The notes below the pieces were generated by a model. It worked only from the letters and a program-made list of their open reading frames with translations. It ran no database searches and was not told where the DNA came from. Below, in pieces: positions 40,992 to 49,956 of a stretch of 64,000 bases of DNA. This DNA is from Candidatus Woesearchaeota archaeon (GTDB lineage: Archaea > Nanobdellota > Nanobdellia > Pacearchaeales > GW2011-AR1). The stretch's first letter is position 1; every line of letters begins with the position of its first letter. The stretch lies in contig CAYRXU010000001.1 of NCBI GenBank assembly GCA_964428325.1, positions 42,842 through 106,841 on the forward strand, in the 5' to 3' direction. A program made the translations under genes and the position numbers.

Positions 40992-41606
40992 ATGAGAGAA
41001 TTCATCTATTATTCGCGGACAGCGCCTACTGCGGGAAGTATGGTAAAGGACGATCTACAGGAGTCTGGTAGAATTGATATCGCAGTGCATACAGTCATAG
41101 GGGTGTTTTTCTTGAGCCATAAGATCCGCACAGATGCTAAACTGCATATGTTATTTGCTGGACCACCAGACCCTGTGAAGCATCTTGAGATTCATCCTGT
41201 GACTGAAGGAAAGACTGGCATCGATAAAATCTATCTTTCAAAGAAAGATGTTTCTGGCGTGTTGAAGAAGATGTTGTATAAGTATCGCGAAGGAGAAAAA
41301 CGTGAGGTTTTTCCGGGTTTTTGGATTGAGAAGAAGAATTTCCTTGAGCTTGTTAAAGATCTCGATAAGCAAGGAAGAAATCTGTACATTCTTGATGCTG
41401 ATGGCGAAGATATCCGAACTGCTAAGATTGAGAAAGACCCGATCTTTATCCTGGGAGACCATAAAGGACTACCCGATAGAGAATTCAAGCGCCTTAGGCA
41501 ATATTGCACACCAATATCGGTAGGTAAGCGAACGTACTTTGCTTCACAGACTGTCTCTATTGTGAATAATGAGATCGATAGGCGGGAAGACGAAGGGCGA
41601 TTGTAA
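40992..41606 (+). CDS. trmY: tRNA pseudouridine-54 N1-methyltransferase (SPOUT)
   Basis: GRIDI, FFLSH.IR, GPP, ILGDHKGL, ISVG, NNEIDRR. Confidence 0.85.
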   Translation: MREFIYYSRTAPTAGSMVKDDLQESGRIDIAVHTVIGVFFLSHKIRTDAKLHMLFAGPPDPVKHLEIHPVTEGKTGIDKIYLSKKDVSGVLKKMLYKYREGEKREVFPGFWIEKKNFLELVKDLDKQGRNLYILDADGEDIRTAKIEKDPIFILGDHKGLPDREFKRLRQYCTPISVGKRTYFASQTVSIVNNEIDRREDEGRL

Positions 41607-41658
41607 GCATACCATCTTAGCATAACAATACTTAAAAAGCGCAAGGCGATGGAGAAGC

Positions 41659-42444
41659 ATGGTAAAAGGAGTGTCGATAAAGTTCAGTTCTTATAATGAG
41701 AGTGTTCCTAAATTGCTTAAGCTTATCAAGCTCGATCAAGAATTGAAGAAGCATGAGCGCATTGTTATTAAGCCTCTTTTAACTGGCGAGAAGGAAAAGA
41801 GCACGCAGGTCGAGTTTGTTGAATCTCTTGTTGCTTTCTGTGCAGCCAATAAGAACCCTACTGCCGAGATCTTTGTTGCGGAGGGTGTTGATGGTGCTGA
41901 TACTATGGAAACATACGATGCTATGGGCTATAGAAGACTTGCAGAGAGCTATGGAATTGGTCTTGTTGATCTGAATAAGACCGCGTGCGAAACAATCGGT
42001 AAAAACGAATTTATGGGCTTTGAGACTATTCTTTATCCAACTATTCTGAAAGACAGTTTTGTCATATCTGCATCTCCCTTGAGGGCAGATGAAGCCACAG
42101 TTATTGCAGGAAGCGTTGCTAACATGCGCGGAGCATTCCCTGCGCGGCATTACAAAGGCTTTTTCTCGAGCAGAAAGAACAAGCTTGACGGTTACCCTAT
42201 GAAGTATCAGCTGCATGATATTGCTCTGTGTAAAATACCTAACTTGGGCGTTATTGATGGTGCAGCTCAAGGGACCATCATTGCAGGTCAACCTATTGAG
42301 ATTGATAAGCAAGCCGCCAAGGTGATTGGTCTTGACCCTAAGGCAATTGGACACTTGCGTATGCTTGAAGAAACATTGGCGCAAATAGCCGAGAAAGAAG
42401 CTGCACAAGCTAAGGCAGAGAAGGATGCTGCTGTACCGCAATAA
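41659..42444 (+). CDS. DUF362-family protein (degenerate)
   Basis: IVIKP, FVAEG, LVDLN, GVIDG, ID..AAK.IG pattern. Confidence 0.75.
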   Translation: MVKGVSIKFSSYNESVPKLLKLIKLDQELKKHERIVIKPLLTGEKEKSTQVEFVESLVAFCAANKNPTAEIFVAEGVDGADTMETYDAMGYRRLAESYGIGLVDLNKTACETIGKNEFMGFETILYPTILKDSFVISASPLRADEATVIAGSVANMRGAFPARHYKGFFSSRKNKLDGYPMKYQLHDIALCKIPNLGVIDGAAQGTIIAGQPIEIDKQAAKVIGLDPKAIGHLRMLEETLAQIAEKEAAQAKAEKDAAVPQ

Positions 42445-42475
42445 ATTATATTAAGCTACTAGGACTAGTTATTCT

Positions 42476-42751
42476 ATGAAAAAGAGTATGCGATTGATTT
42501 TGAGCGGTTCTGTACAGCCTATGTTCTTTATGCCTTACTTGAAGGATGAAGCTACTAAGTTAAATGTTCGTGGTTTTGCACGGGAGCTTGAGGATAAGAG
42601 GATTGAGGTGTTTATTGAGGGAGATCTTGCTGCAGTTGAAGCAATGATTCCTAAGTGTAAGACTGGGCCGTATAACACCAAGATAAGAAGCGCTGAAGAG
42701 AAGGTTGAGCGCTTTCAGGATTATAAGGATTTCAAGATTCTGAAGATTTGA
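42476..42751 (+). CDS. Acylphosphatase-fold protein with degenerate active site
   Basis: SGSVQ...LNVRGFAREL...IEVFIEG...GP...DFKI. Confidence 0.8.
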   Translation: MKKSMRLILSGSVQPMFFMPYLKDEATKLNVRGFARELEDKRIEVFIEGDLAAVEAMIPKCKTGPYNTKIRSAEEKVERFQDYKDFKILKI

Positions 42752-42793
42752 CTATAGCATTATCTATTTAAACCACTTTTCTTTTGTTGTAGA

Positions 42794-44323
42794 ATGGGAC
42801 GTCAAGATGAGATTGTTGCTGAACGATTGAAGAAGCTGAAAGAATTGCGTGAGCTTGGAGTGAACCCTTATCCTAATAAGTTTGAGAAAAGCCATTCTAG
42901 TGCACAACTACAAGAAGAACACGCTAAGCTTAAGAACGAGGCCTATACGAAAGATAAAGTGTCTGTTGCTGGGAGATTGTTGCAGGTGAGAGATATGGGA
43001 AAGATAGCTTTTGGTACGCTTTATGACGGTACTGCAAATATTCAGATCGTATTACAGGAGAAAGAAACTAATGATGATGTGCGAGAGTTCTTCAAGAAGT
43101 TTGTCGATGGAGGAGATTTCGTGGGCATAGAGGGGACGGTTTTTAGAACGAAACGCGGAGAGTTATCCATCCTTGTGAAGAAGCTTGAGCTGCTCACGAA
43201 GTCTATGTTGCCTTTGCCAGACAAGTTCCATGGCATTTCGGATGATGAAGAGCGCTTGAGAAAGAGATATCTTGAGATTATCACTAATGCTGAGACGCGC
43301 GAGATGTTTATTCGCAAGTCTAAATTCTGGGGTGCGATGCGATCGTTCTTGCATAGTAGAAACTTCCTCGAAGTTGAAACACCTGTGCTTGAAAATGCAG
43401 CAGGAGGAGCAAGTGCAACACCTTTTGCAACGCACCACAATGCACTTGATCTCGATGTGTATTTGCGTATTTCTATGGGAGAATTGTGGCAGAAGAAGCT
43501 GATGGTCGCAGGTTATCCAAAAACGTTTGAGATTGGCCGCCAGTTTAGAAATGAAGGAATGGATGCCGAACACTTGCAAGACTACACACAGATGGAATTC
43601 TATTGGGGTTATGCTAATTATGAAGATGGAATGAAGCTTGTCGAAGAAATGTACAAAACTCTTGCTAAAGAAGTGTACGGTAAGACGAAGTTTAGTTATG
43701 CTGGGCACGAGTTTGACCTTGGTAAGAAGTGGGGAGTTATTGATTATGCAGACACTATCAAGAAAGAACTGAAAATTGATGTTTTCATTGCGTCAAAGCA
43801 AGATATGGAGAAGAAGCTGCGAGAGCTGAAACAAGATTTTGCACCGAATTTGGAGCGCGGACGCTTGATGGACTTGCTATGGAAAGTATGCCGCAAGAAG
43901 ATTGCAGGGCCTGCGTTTTTGACAGGACAGCCAGTTGAAGTTTCGCCTCTTGCGAAACGCAATCCAAAGGATGCCCGCAAAGTAGAGCAGTTCCAAGTTA
44001 TTATTGGGGGAAGCGAAATGGGTAATGGATATAGCGAGCTGAACGATCCTTTTGATCAGGCAGCTAGGTTTGAAGAGCAAAGAAGAATGAAAGAAGCAGG
44101 AGATACAGAAGCTCAGGAACATGATGAAACTTTCGTTGAAGCTCTTAAGTACGGAATGCCTCCTACATGTGGCTTTGGAGTGTCAGAGAGATTGTTTGCC
44201 GTGTTTGAAAATAAGCCTTTGCGTGAATGTGTGATATTCCCGCTTATGAGGCCAACTCAGACAGGTGAGGAAAAGAGGGAGGAAAAAGAGGATGGAAGAC
44301 ATCGATCTAGTAATAAAAAGTAA
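42794..44323 (+). CDS. lysS: Lysyl-tRNA synthetase, class II
   Basis: OB anticodon domain (TKRGELS), LPDKFHG, FRNEG motif 2, YGMPPTCGFG motif 3. Confidence 0.96.
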   Translation: MGRQDEIVAERLKKLKELRELGVNPYPNKFEKSHSSAQLQEEHAKLKNEAYTKDKVSVAGRLLQVRDMGKIAFGTLYDGTANIQIVLQEKETNDDVREFFKKFVDGGDFVGIEGTVFRTKRGELSILVKKLELLTKSMLPLPDKFHGISDDEERLRKRYLEIITNAETREMFIRKSKFWGAMRSFLHSRNFLEVETPVLENAAGGASATPFATHHNALDLDVYLRISMGELWQKKLMVAGYPKTFEIGRQFRNEGMDAEHLQDYTQMEFYWGYANYEDGMKLVEEMYKTLAKEVYGKTKFSYAGHEFDLGKKWGVIDYADTIKKELKIDVFIASKQDMEKKLRELKQDFAPNLERGRLMDLLWKVCRKKIAGPAFLTGQPVEVSPLAKRNPKDARKVEQFQVIIGGSEMGNGYSELNDPFDQAARFEEQRRMKEAGDTEAQEHDETFVEALKYGMPPTCGFGVSERLFAVFENKPLRECVIFPLMRPTQTGEEKREEKEDGRHRSSNKK

Positions 44324-44465
44324 GATTAAGTCAGCAGTGCCTGAGTTGAGTGTTTCGAGTGATGTGCCAGATGCGCTGAACAAGAAAGTTCTAGAGATTC
44401 TTGATGCTGCTGCAAAGCGGGCTAAGCTTAACGGTAGAAGAACACTGCAGGCAAAAGACTTGTAG
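44292..44465 (+). CDS. Short histone-fold protein (alpha3-truncated, DUF1931/face-to-face-like)
   Basis: 57 aa: LVIKSKIK...VSSD..DAL...AAKRAKLNGRRTLQAKDL with the RxTxxxxD histone clamp. Confidence 0.85.
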   Translation: MEDIDLVIKSKIKSAVPELSVSSDVPDALNKKVLEILDAAAKRAKLNGRRTLQAKDL

Positions 44466-44505
44466 TCTACATTAGTTATATAAACGATTTTGGCTTTTTG
44501 ATAGG

Positions 44506-45252
44506 ATGCGATTACTGAAGATATTATTTGTTTTTGTAATGCTTATAGCTCCTGCATCTGCAGCCACCGAGATCAATATTTACGTGGATAATATTGGAGA
44601 TGCTCTTTTCCTGGGTGTGACAGACGCTAATGTAACGCTTCCTGAGGGGGTGACTGCAGTTAATGGAAGGATTAGCGGCTATACCTCAAACTTGACAGTA
44701 AAACAGGGAGAGACCTGGACCTTCGCATATATCCTTGCAGGTGCTGACTTGCACGTAACCTTGCCTGAAGGTGCAGTTATTAAAAGTGTAAGCTCAAGCG
44801 AGATATCACTTGATCGCGGACAGATATCTCTATATGCAGCTAACAGTGTGCGAGCAATGTACACTATAGAAAAGGTTGATGACAATTCGTCAAATGTAAT
44901 TCTCATTTGGATTATTGTTGCGCTAGTCTTTCTTGTGGGAGGCGTATATGGTTGGAATTACCTCAAGAAGCATGTAAAGAGTGTTGTGAAGACATCTCTG
45001 CAGAAGAAGCAGGCACGTGCAAATACCGTGGTTGAAAAACAGTCAACCGAACAGCTTAAGCACCTACTTCATGAGCGTGAAAACTTGATTATAGGCAAGC
45101 TTAGAGAGATGGGCAAGACCAAAATGTCGTACCTTCGCAAGGCGTGCGAGATGCCGAAGGCTTCTTTCTCACGACATGTGCATGAGCTAGAAAAGAAGAA
45201 GCTTGTTTTGCTTTCTGGCGACGGGAAGAACAGGTTTATTGAGCTTGCTTGA
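44506..45252 (+). CDS. Membrane-anchored winged-HTH regulator (extracellular domain-TM-wHTH, COG2512-like)
   Basis: Signal peptide, beta domain, TM, C-terminal LRKACEMPKASFSRHVHELEKKKLV...GKN. Confidence 0.85.
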   Translation: MRLLKILFVFVMLIAPASAATEINIYVDNIGDALFLGVTDANVTLPEGVTAVNGRISGYTSNLTVKQGETWTFAYILAGADLHVTLPEGAVIKSVSSSEISLDRGQISLYAANSVRAMYTIEKVDDNSSNVILIWIIVALVFLVGGVYGWNYLKKHVKSVVKTSLQKKQARANTVVEKQSTEQLKHLLHERENLIIGKLREMGKTKMSYLRKACEMPKASFSRHVHELEKKKLVLLSGDGKNRFIELA

Positions 45253-45254
45253 TA

Positions 45255-45282
45255 GTTCCAAGATCGTTCCAGTTTGGTTCCA
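45255..45282 (+). promoter_or_regulatory. Three GTTCCA direct repeats at 11-bp period upstream of a TATA-like box
   Basis: GTTCCA at 45255, 45266 and 45277; ATATATA at 45291; AGGAGGT SD before 45354. Confidence 0.65.
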
Positions 45283-45353
45283 GCCAGGACATATATACTA
45301 ACCTATTCTAGTTCGGATATGAAAAATCAATACCTGAAAGGAGGTAGTGAAGC

Positions 45354-46334
45354 ATGAAAGCAATTATGACAGTTATGAGTATGCTGCTTATAGCAAGCAT
45401 ATTCGCAACAGGTTTTGCTGCCGCTGAAAGCGGATCAGGAAGAGCTGGAACTCTCTATTCAGATAGTAGAGTGAAAATATCTGACGATTCGATTGATTCA
45501 GTCTCTATCGAAAGCGAGATTGAAGTTGAGGACTCGATTATTGAGTCTTCCGAAACTAGCCTTGAGAGTGAGGTTGACGCCTCAGTAGATAGCACCAAAT
45601 ATAGAGGCTATCCTGCACATGTTTTTGTAGGTAGCGGTTGGGCTATTGACGGTGACAAGAAAGGATATCTTGCTACTATGCACTGGGTTAGCAAAGTGTT
45701 TGTCTCTAAAGACACGCCTAACGCAATCGGAAGTGAAGTAGTCCGCGGAATTGCCCGAGTAGGAGATATGAAGTTCATATTTACCTCTGAGAGTACACCG
45801 GATTCAGACGAAGACAGAGAGTTCTCTGTTTACACAAGCAGAGGAGAAGGCCGGACAAAGGTCGGTACCCTTAAGCTTGAACAGCAATCGCGTTATGGCG
45901 AAGTTGTTGTCTGGGAAGGTAAACTAGCGCTTGATAGCGGTGCTGTATATGAAGTACACATCGCAACTAAGGAACGCACATCGAAGAGCGATTCCTCAGG
46001 CAAGCGAATGGTAAGCGCAACCAGCGTACAGGTTGAGTGCTACAGCGGAGCGAAGGAGACTTTCTCTCTTGAAGGCGGAAACGCTGAAGAGATCTACGCT
46101 AAAGCACGCACATTCTGCGCAAACGAGTGCAAGAATGGAAAGTGCGGAATCAACAAGCTTCAAGCAGTAAATGCTGAAGGTGATGTTGAAACCAAGACGA
46201 AAGTCAAGGTAGATAGCGGAAAGATTGAGATAGAGGAAGAGACTGAGGCAGAGGCAACAGCATCTGCTGACGCATCTGGCAAAGGCCTTGTTAACTTCTG
46301 GAAGCGCGTATTTAGTCGTTCAGGGAGTAACTAA
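45354..46334 (+). CDS. Secreted hypothetical protein
   Basis: Signal peptide, acidic segment, beta-rich core, Cys cluster (CANECKNGKCG), amphipathic tail FWKRVF. Confidence 0.8.
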   Translation: MKAIMTVMSMLLIASIFATGFAAAESGSGRAGTLYSDSRVKISDDSIDSVSIESEIEVEDSIIESSETSLESEVDASVDSTKYRGYPAHVFVGSGWAIDGDKKGYLATMHWVSKVFVSKDTPNAIGSEVVRGIARVGDMKFIFTSESTPDSDEDREFSVYTSRGEGRTKVGTLKLEQQSRYGEVVVWEGKLALDSGAVYEVHIATKERTSKSDSSGKRMVSATSVQVECYSGAKETFSLEGGNAEEIYAKARTFCANECKNGKCGINKLQAVNAEGDVETKTKVKVDSGKIEIEEETEAEATASADASGKGLVNFWKRVFSRSGSN

Positions 46335-46340
46335 AACTGA

Positions 46341-46370
46341 TTTTTTATTTTTTTATTTTATTTTATTTTT
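46341..46370 (+). terminator. Oligo-T archaeal terminator
   Basis: TTTTTTATTTTTTTATTTTATTTTATTTTT just after the stop codon. Confidence 0.7.
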
Positions 46371-46408
46371 CTCGAGAGATTTATATAACTTGAAAGACAT
46401 AAGGGCAT

Positions 46409-46801
46409 ATGTCGAATAAAGCAAAGGGGTCAAAGAGTGAGCGTGAGCTTGTGGAGATGTTTACGCAGCAGGGATGGAGAGCTGCAAGGGTTGCTGGCTC
46501 GGGCGTGAATGATAACTCTCCATGTGATATATTCGCTGGAAAGATTGGGAAACAAGGATGTGTCGTTGAGTGCAAGTCAAGCAAGAAGACAAGAATCTAC
46601 ATAACGCGAGCACAGATTGAAGATTTCGTGAAGTTTGGGCACATGATGGGGCTTCGTACAGTCGTGGCTGCACGATTTAATCGCGAAGGATGGTTTTTTT
46701 TAGAGACGAGTCAGCTTGAAGATACAGGAGCTAATTGGGTCGTATCGCTTGAGCTGTGTAAGACGCAGGGAAAGAGATTCGGACAGTTCTTTGAGAATTA
46801 A
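46409..46801 (+). CDS. hjc: Holliday junction resolvase Hjc
   Basis: KGSKSERELV, RVAGSG, PCDI, VECK. Confidence 0.93.
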   Translation: MSNKAKGSKSERELVEMFTQQGWRAARVAGSGVNDNSPCDIFAGKIGKQGCVVECKSSKKTRIYITRAQIEDFVKFGHMMGLRTVVAARFNREGWFFLETSQLEDTGANWVVSLELCKTQGKRFGQFFEN

Positions 46802-46803
46802 TT

Positions 46804-47748
46804 TTATTTCGCCTTCTGGATATACTCGTACGCACTGAAGGCTGCGGTGCAGCCTTCTGCAACGCCTGTAATGGCTTGCTTGAAGGGCTTGTCAGCTACG
46901 TCGCCAGCTGCGTATACACCAGGGACATTTGTTTCAGAGGTTTTGTGATCTAGGATGATTTCATTCTTTTCGTTTAGCTTCACTCCGAGAGGTTTTGCAA
47001 GCTCTGATAGGACAATGTGACCGATTGCTACGAAAAGACCTTGGAGAGGAAGCTCTTTTGAGCCTTCGTAAGTTCTATCAAGAACGACTTTCTCAATTGC
47101 GCGCGATCCTTTTACTTCAAGCACGTTTGCTTTGTTGATTACTTCAATCTTCTTATTTGCTGCAATGCGCTGCTGGTTGATTGGTTCTGCGCGGATGGTA
47201 TCCCCACGATAGATAATGTAAACTTTCTTAGCATGTTCTGCAAGGAGGAGTGCATCTTTTGCAGCCGAGTCTGAACCGCCCACTACGCCAACAATTTTGT
47301 TCCTATAAAGAGGACCATCGCACAACGCGCAGTAAGCTACGCCTTTATTTTCAAATTCCTTTGAACCTGGAACTTCAAGTCTTCGCCACTTGGTGCCAGT
47401 TGCAAATAGAACAGTTTTAACTTGATATTCGCTCGAGTCTGATTTAAGAATGAATAGATTATTTTTCTTTGTAACTGATATTATTTTCTCTTCCTTCAAG
47501 GTAACAAGGTCATATGAAAGAGCATGATCTTTTATCTTATCTGCGAGTTCTGTACCAGTAAGTCGAATGAAACCAGGATAGTTTTCAACGACATTTGTCG
47601 TAGTTATGACTCCGCCGACAGTCATTTCAGATCCATGGGAATGGCCGAAACAGATTGTCTTTAGGCCTAGGCGTGCACCATACATAGCTGCTGAAAGTCC
47701 TGTGACTCCTGCGCCGAGAATACCGAAATCGTACACTTCTTTTGTCAT
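46804..47748 (-). CDS. trxB: Thioredoxin reductase
   Basis: GAGVTG, VENYPG, CALCDG, GGSDSA, GVYAAGD. Confidence 0.93.
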   Translation of the reverse strand: MTKEVYDFGILGAGVTGLSAAMYGARLGLKTICFGHSHGSEMTVGGVITTTNVVENYPGFIRLTGTELADKIKDHALSYDLVTLKEEKIISVTKKNNLFILKSDSSEYQVKTVLFATGTKWRRLEVPGSKEFENKGVAYCALCDGPLYRNKIVGVVGGSDSAAKDALLLAEHAKKVYIIYRGDTIRAEPINQQRIAANKKIEVINKANVLEVKGSRAIEKVVLDRTYEGSKELPLQGLFVAIGHIVLSELAKPLGVKLNEKNEIILDHKTSETNVPGVYAAGDVADKPFKQAITGVAEGCTAAFSAYEYIQKAK

Positions 47749-47796
47749 GCGCACAGGAGCGAAAAAGTGTATATAAACATTTTTAGCACAGAACAG

Positions 47797-48075
47797 TCAC
47801 TTCTTATCTTTATCTGATTTCTTGCTTACCAGAACATCAAGCTTCTTGTTTATTTCTTCCAAGGTCTGTTGCATCGACTTAATGCGGAGTGCTTGTCTCG
47901 TTTGAACAACTGCCTTCACAATCAAAAAGGCAATATAGACTAAGACGGCAATTCCTACGGCTTTGGCAAGCGTGAGAACGAAAGAAAGCCCTCCTGTAAG
48001 TTCTAAAGGCAAACCTTGCCAGAGAGCCTGTGCAATAGACGCCCCATCAACTGAAATATTGAGCGGATCAGCCAT
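47797..48075 (-). CDS. Small membrane protein
   Basis: One TM followed by a coiled-coil tail. Confidence 0.65.
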   Translation of the reverse strand: MADPLNISVDGASIAQALWQGLPLELTGGLSFVLTLAKAVGIAVLVYIAFLIVKAVVQTRQALRIKSMQQTLEEINKKLDVLVSKKSDKDKK

Positions 48076-48122
48076 GTTCTTTTCAAGGGAGGCTTTTTTA
48101 AGAACCTTTCTTTTTGAGGAAC

Positions 48123-48866
48123 ATGGATAAAAAGTACGCTCTTTTCTTTGCTATTGCTATAACTGCACTTATTGCCGTCAACTATTGGTACTTTTCACAC
48201 TATGAAAATGGAAGGCCTGTTGATAGAGAAAGTGTCATTGTTTCACGCGTTATAGATGGAGATACTTTTGACCTTGCCGATGGCAGGCGTGTGCGCATGC
48301 TTAATATCAATACCCCCGAGAAAGGAGAGTTTGGCTCTGATGAGGCGATTGCATATACGAAACAGTTTGAAAATAAGAGTATTGAGATTCAAATTATCGG
48401 AAGAGAGACTTATGGGAGATTGCTTGCGCGAGTTTATGCTCCGACCTATGTCAATCTTGAGCTTGTACGTCGCGGTCTCGCACGGACCCTTCTTGTAGAT
48501 GAAAGCGAAGTTAAGATTTTTGCCGAAGCAGAGGATGAAGCGTTTGAAGCTAGCAGAGGAGTTTGGGAACGATCAGAGAGTTATGAATGTCTTACAGGGG
48601 AAATTGATAAAAAGGAAGAGTACGTCGTGTTTGATAAGAGGTGTGATGTCAGCCTCGTAGGTTGGACCATAAGTGATGAAACAACACGAAAGTATACTTT
48701 CAAGAGTGATCCGGCAGAACATTTTATGTTCTATTCAGTTGATGGAAAAGAAAACGAAACCTCGCTCTTCTGGAAACGCGGAAACGCATGGAATTATGAT
48801 CGAGACGCGCTCATTGTGCGCGATCGCGATGGGAAGCTTGTTTACTATACTGATTATGGTTATTAG
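48123..48866 (+). CDS. Membrane-anchored thermonuclease (SNase) with C-terminal lamin-tail-like domain
   Basis: VIDGDT, RVRMLNINTPE, YGRLLA, RGVW; then EYV...LVGWTISD...WN..RD...RD..GKLV. Confidence 0.88.
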   Translation: MDKKYALFFAIAITALIAVNYWYFSHYENGRPVDRESVIVSRVIDGDTFDLADGRRVRMLNINTPEKGEFGSDEAIAYTKQFENKSIEIQIIGRETYGRLLARVYAPTYVNLELVRRGLARTLLVDESEVKIFAEAEDEAFEASRGVWERSESYECLTGEIDKKEEYVVFDKRCDVSLVGWTISDETTRKYTFKSDPAEHFMFYSVDGKENETSLFWKRGNAWNYDRDALIVRDRDGKLVYYTDYGY

Positions 48867-49386
48867 TTTTTTTGCTCTTGTGCCCCAGGTATCTGCGCTT
48901 GATTTCACGATTGATGCTCCAGATAATGTGGTCGAAGATGTTCCATTTGATGTCATGATCAATTTTGATGCGTCAGAGAGTTATGATGTAAAGATATTTG
49001 CGCACCAAGGAGATAAGAATAGTTATATCTCACAGGTAAAAGATGGAGAAGTGTGGAGAAGCCCGCGAACATATATGAAAGAAGCTTTTCCCGCTCAACA
49101 GATGTATGAGATAAATATTCTGGATTTTGCCGGTGAAGCGGATCTATGCGTACGTTTGCGAAAAACAGGAGCCAGTTCATTTAGCGAACTATGCCAGCCC
49201 ATCAATGTTGGAGAGACTATTAGAGAGGAGATTGAAGAAGAGTTTATGAATGAAGAGATAAAGATAGATTCGCCAGTAAAGCAAGAAAATAAGATGCATG
49301 TTAACCCGTTGCGCACTCGTATTGTGTATGCATTTATGATTTTCTGTGCAGTAGTTATAGGCTTACTGTGGTTTGAAAAACTCTGA
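48829..49386 (+). CDS. Secreted Ig-like protein with C-terminal TM
   Basis: Signal peptide MGSLFTILIMVISFFALVPQVSA and a C-terminal hydrophobic helix. Confidence 0.7.
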   Translation: MGSLFTILIMVISFFALVPQVSALDFTIDAPDNVVEDVPFDVMINFDASESYDVKIFAHQGDKNSYISQVKDGEVWRSPRTYMKEAFPAQQMYEINILDFAGEADLCVRLRKTGASSFSELCQPINVGETIREEIEEEFMNEEIKIDSPVKQENKMHVNPLRTRIVYAFMIFCAVVIGLLWFEKL

Positions 49387-49422
49387 TAGTTAGTATTTTA
49401 AAGCCGTTTTCTATAGAGCGTT

Positions 49423-49956
49423 ATGGAAAATATTCAAGCACGCCTTCTAATTGAAATGATGGGCAGGCCAGCAGAGCACCTTACAGCCACACTTAATGCT
49501 CTGATTGATCGTCTTGGTACTGAAAAAGGTGTCAAGATAACCCAGAAGAAGATGTACGAGGCTGCGCCTATAAAAGAGTCTAAAGACTTGTTTAGTGCCT
49601 TTGTTGAGCTTGAAGTTACATTTGATTCCCTGAACGTGCTTCTTGGAATTATGTTCGCCTATATGCCTTCTAATGTAGAGATAATTTCTCCGCAGAAGCT
49701 ATCATTCTCGCGCGAGGATATTAGCTCCCTTTCGAACAATCTTGTCGCTCGTTTGCATGGATATGATGGTGCGGCTAAGAACCTAATCAACCAGAGAGAC
49801 ATGGCTTACAACCAGTTAAGATTGCTTCTTGCAAATCATCCTGAACTGAAAGATGAGCTTATCAAGAGCCAGCAGCAACCTCGTTCTGCACAAGCAACAC
49901 CCGATGTTGCTGAGAAAAAGACAGATAAGAAAAGCAAAAAGAAATCTAAGCGTTAA
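49423..49956 (+). CDS. Conserved-looking hypothetical protein
   Basis: IEMMGRP...FSAFVELEV...YMPSNVEIISP; TATA box about 29 nt upstream. Confidence 0.75.
   Translation: MENIQARLLIEMMGRPAEHLTATLNALIDRLGTEKGVKITQKKMYEAAPIKESKDLFSAFVELEVTFDSLNVLLGIMFAYMPSNVEIISPQKLSFSREDISSLSNNLVARLHGYDGAAKNLINQRDMAYNQLRLLLANHPELKDELIKSQQQPRSAQATPDVAEKKTDKKSKKKSKR

Noticed and set aside
41779..42441. 220-aa minus-strand ORF
   Set aside because: Antisense shadow of the DUF362 gene.
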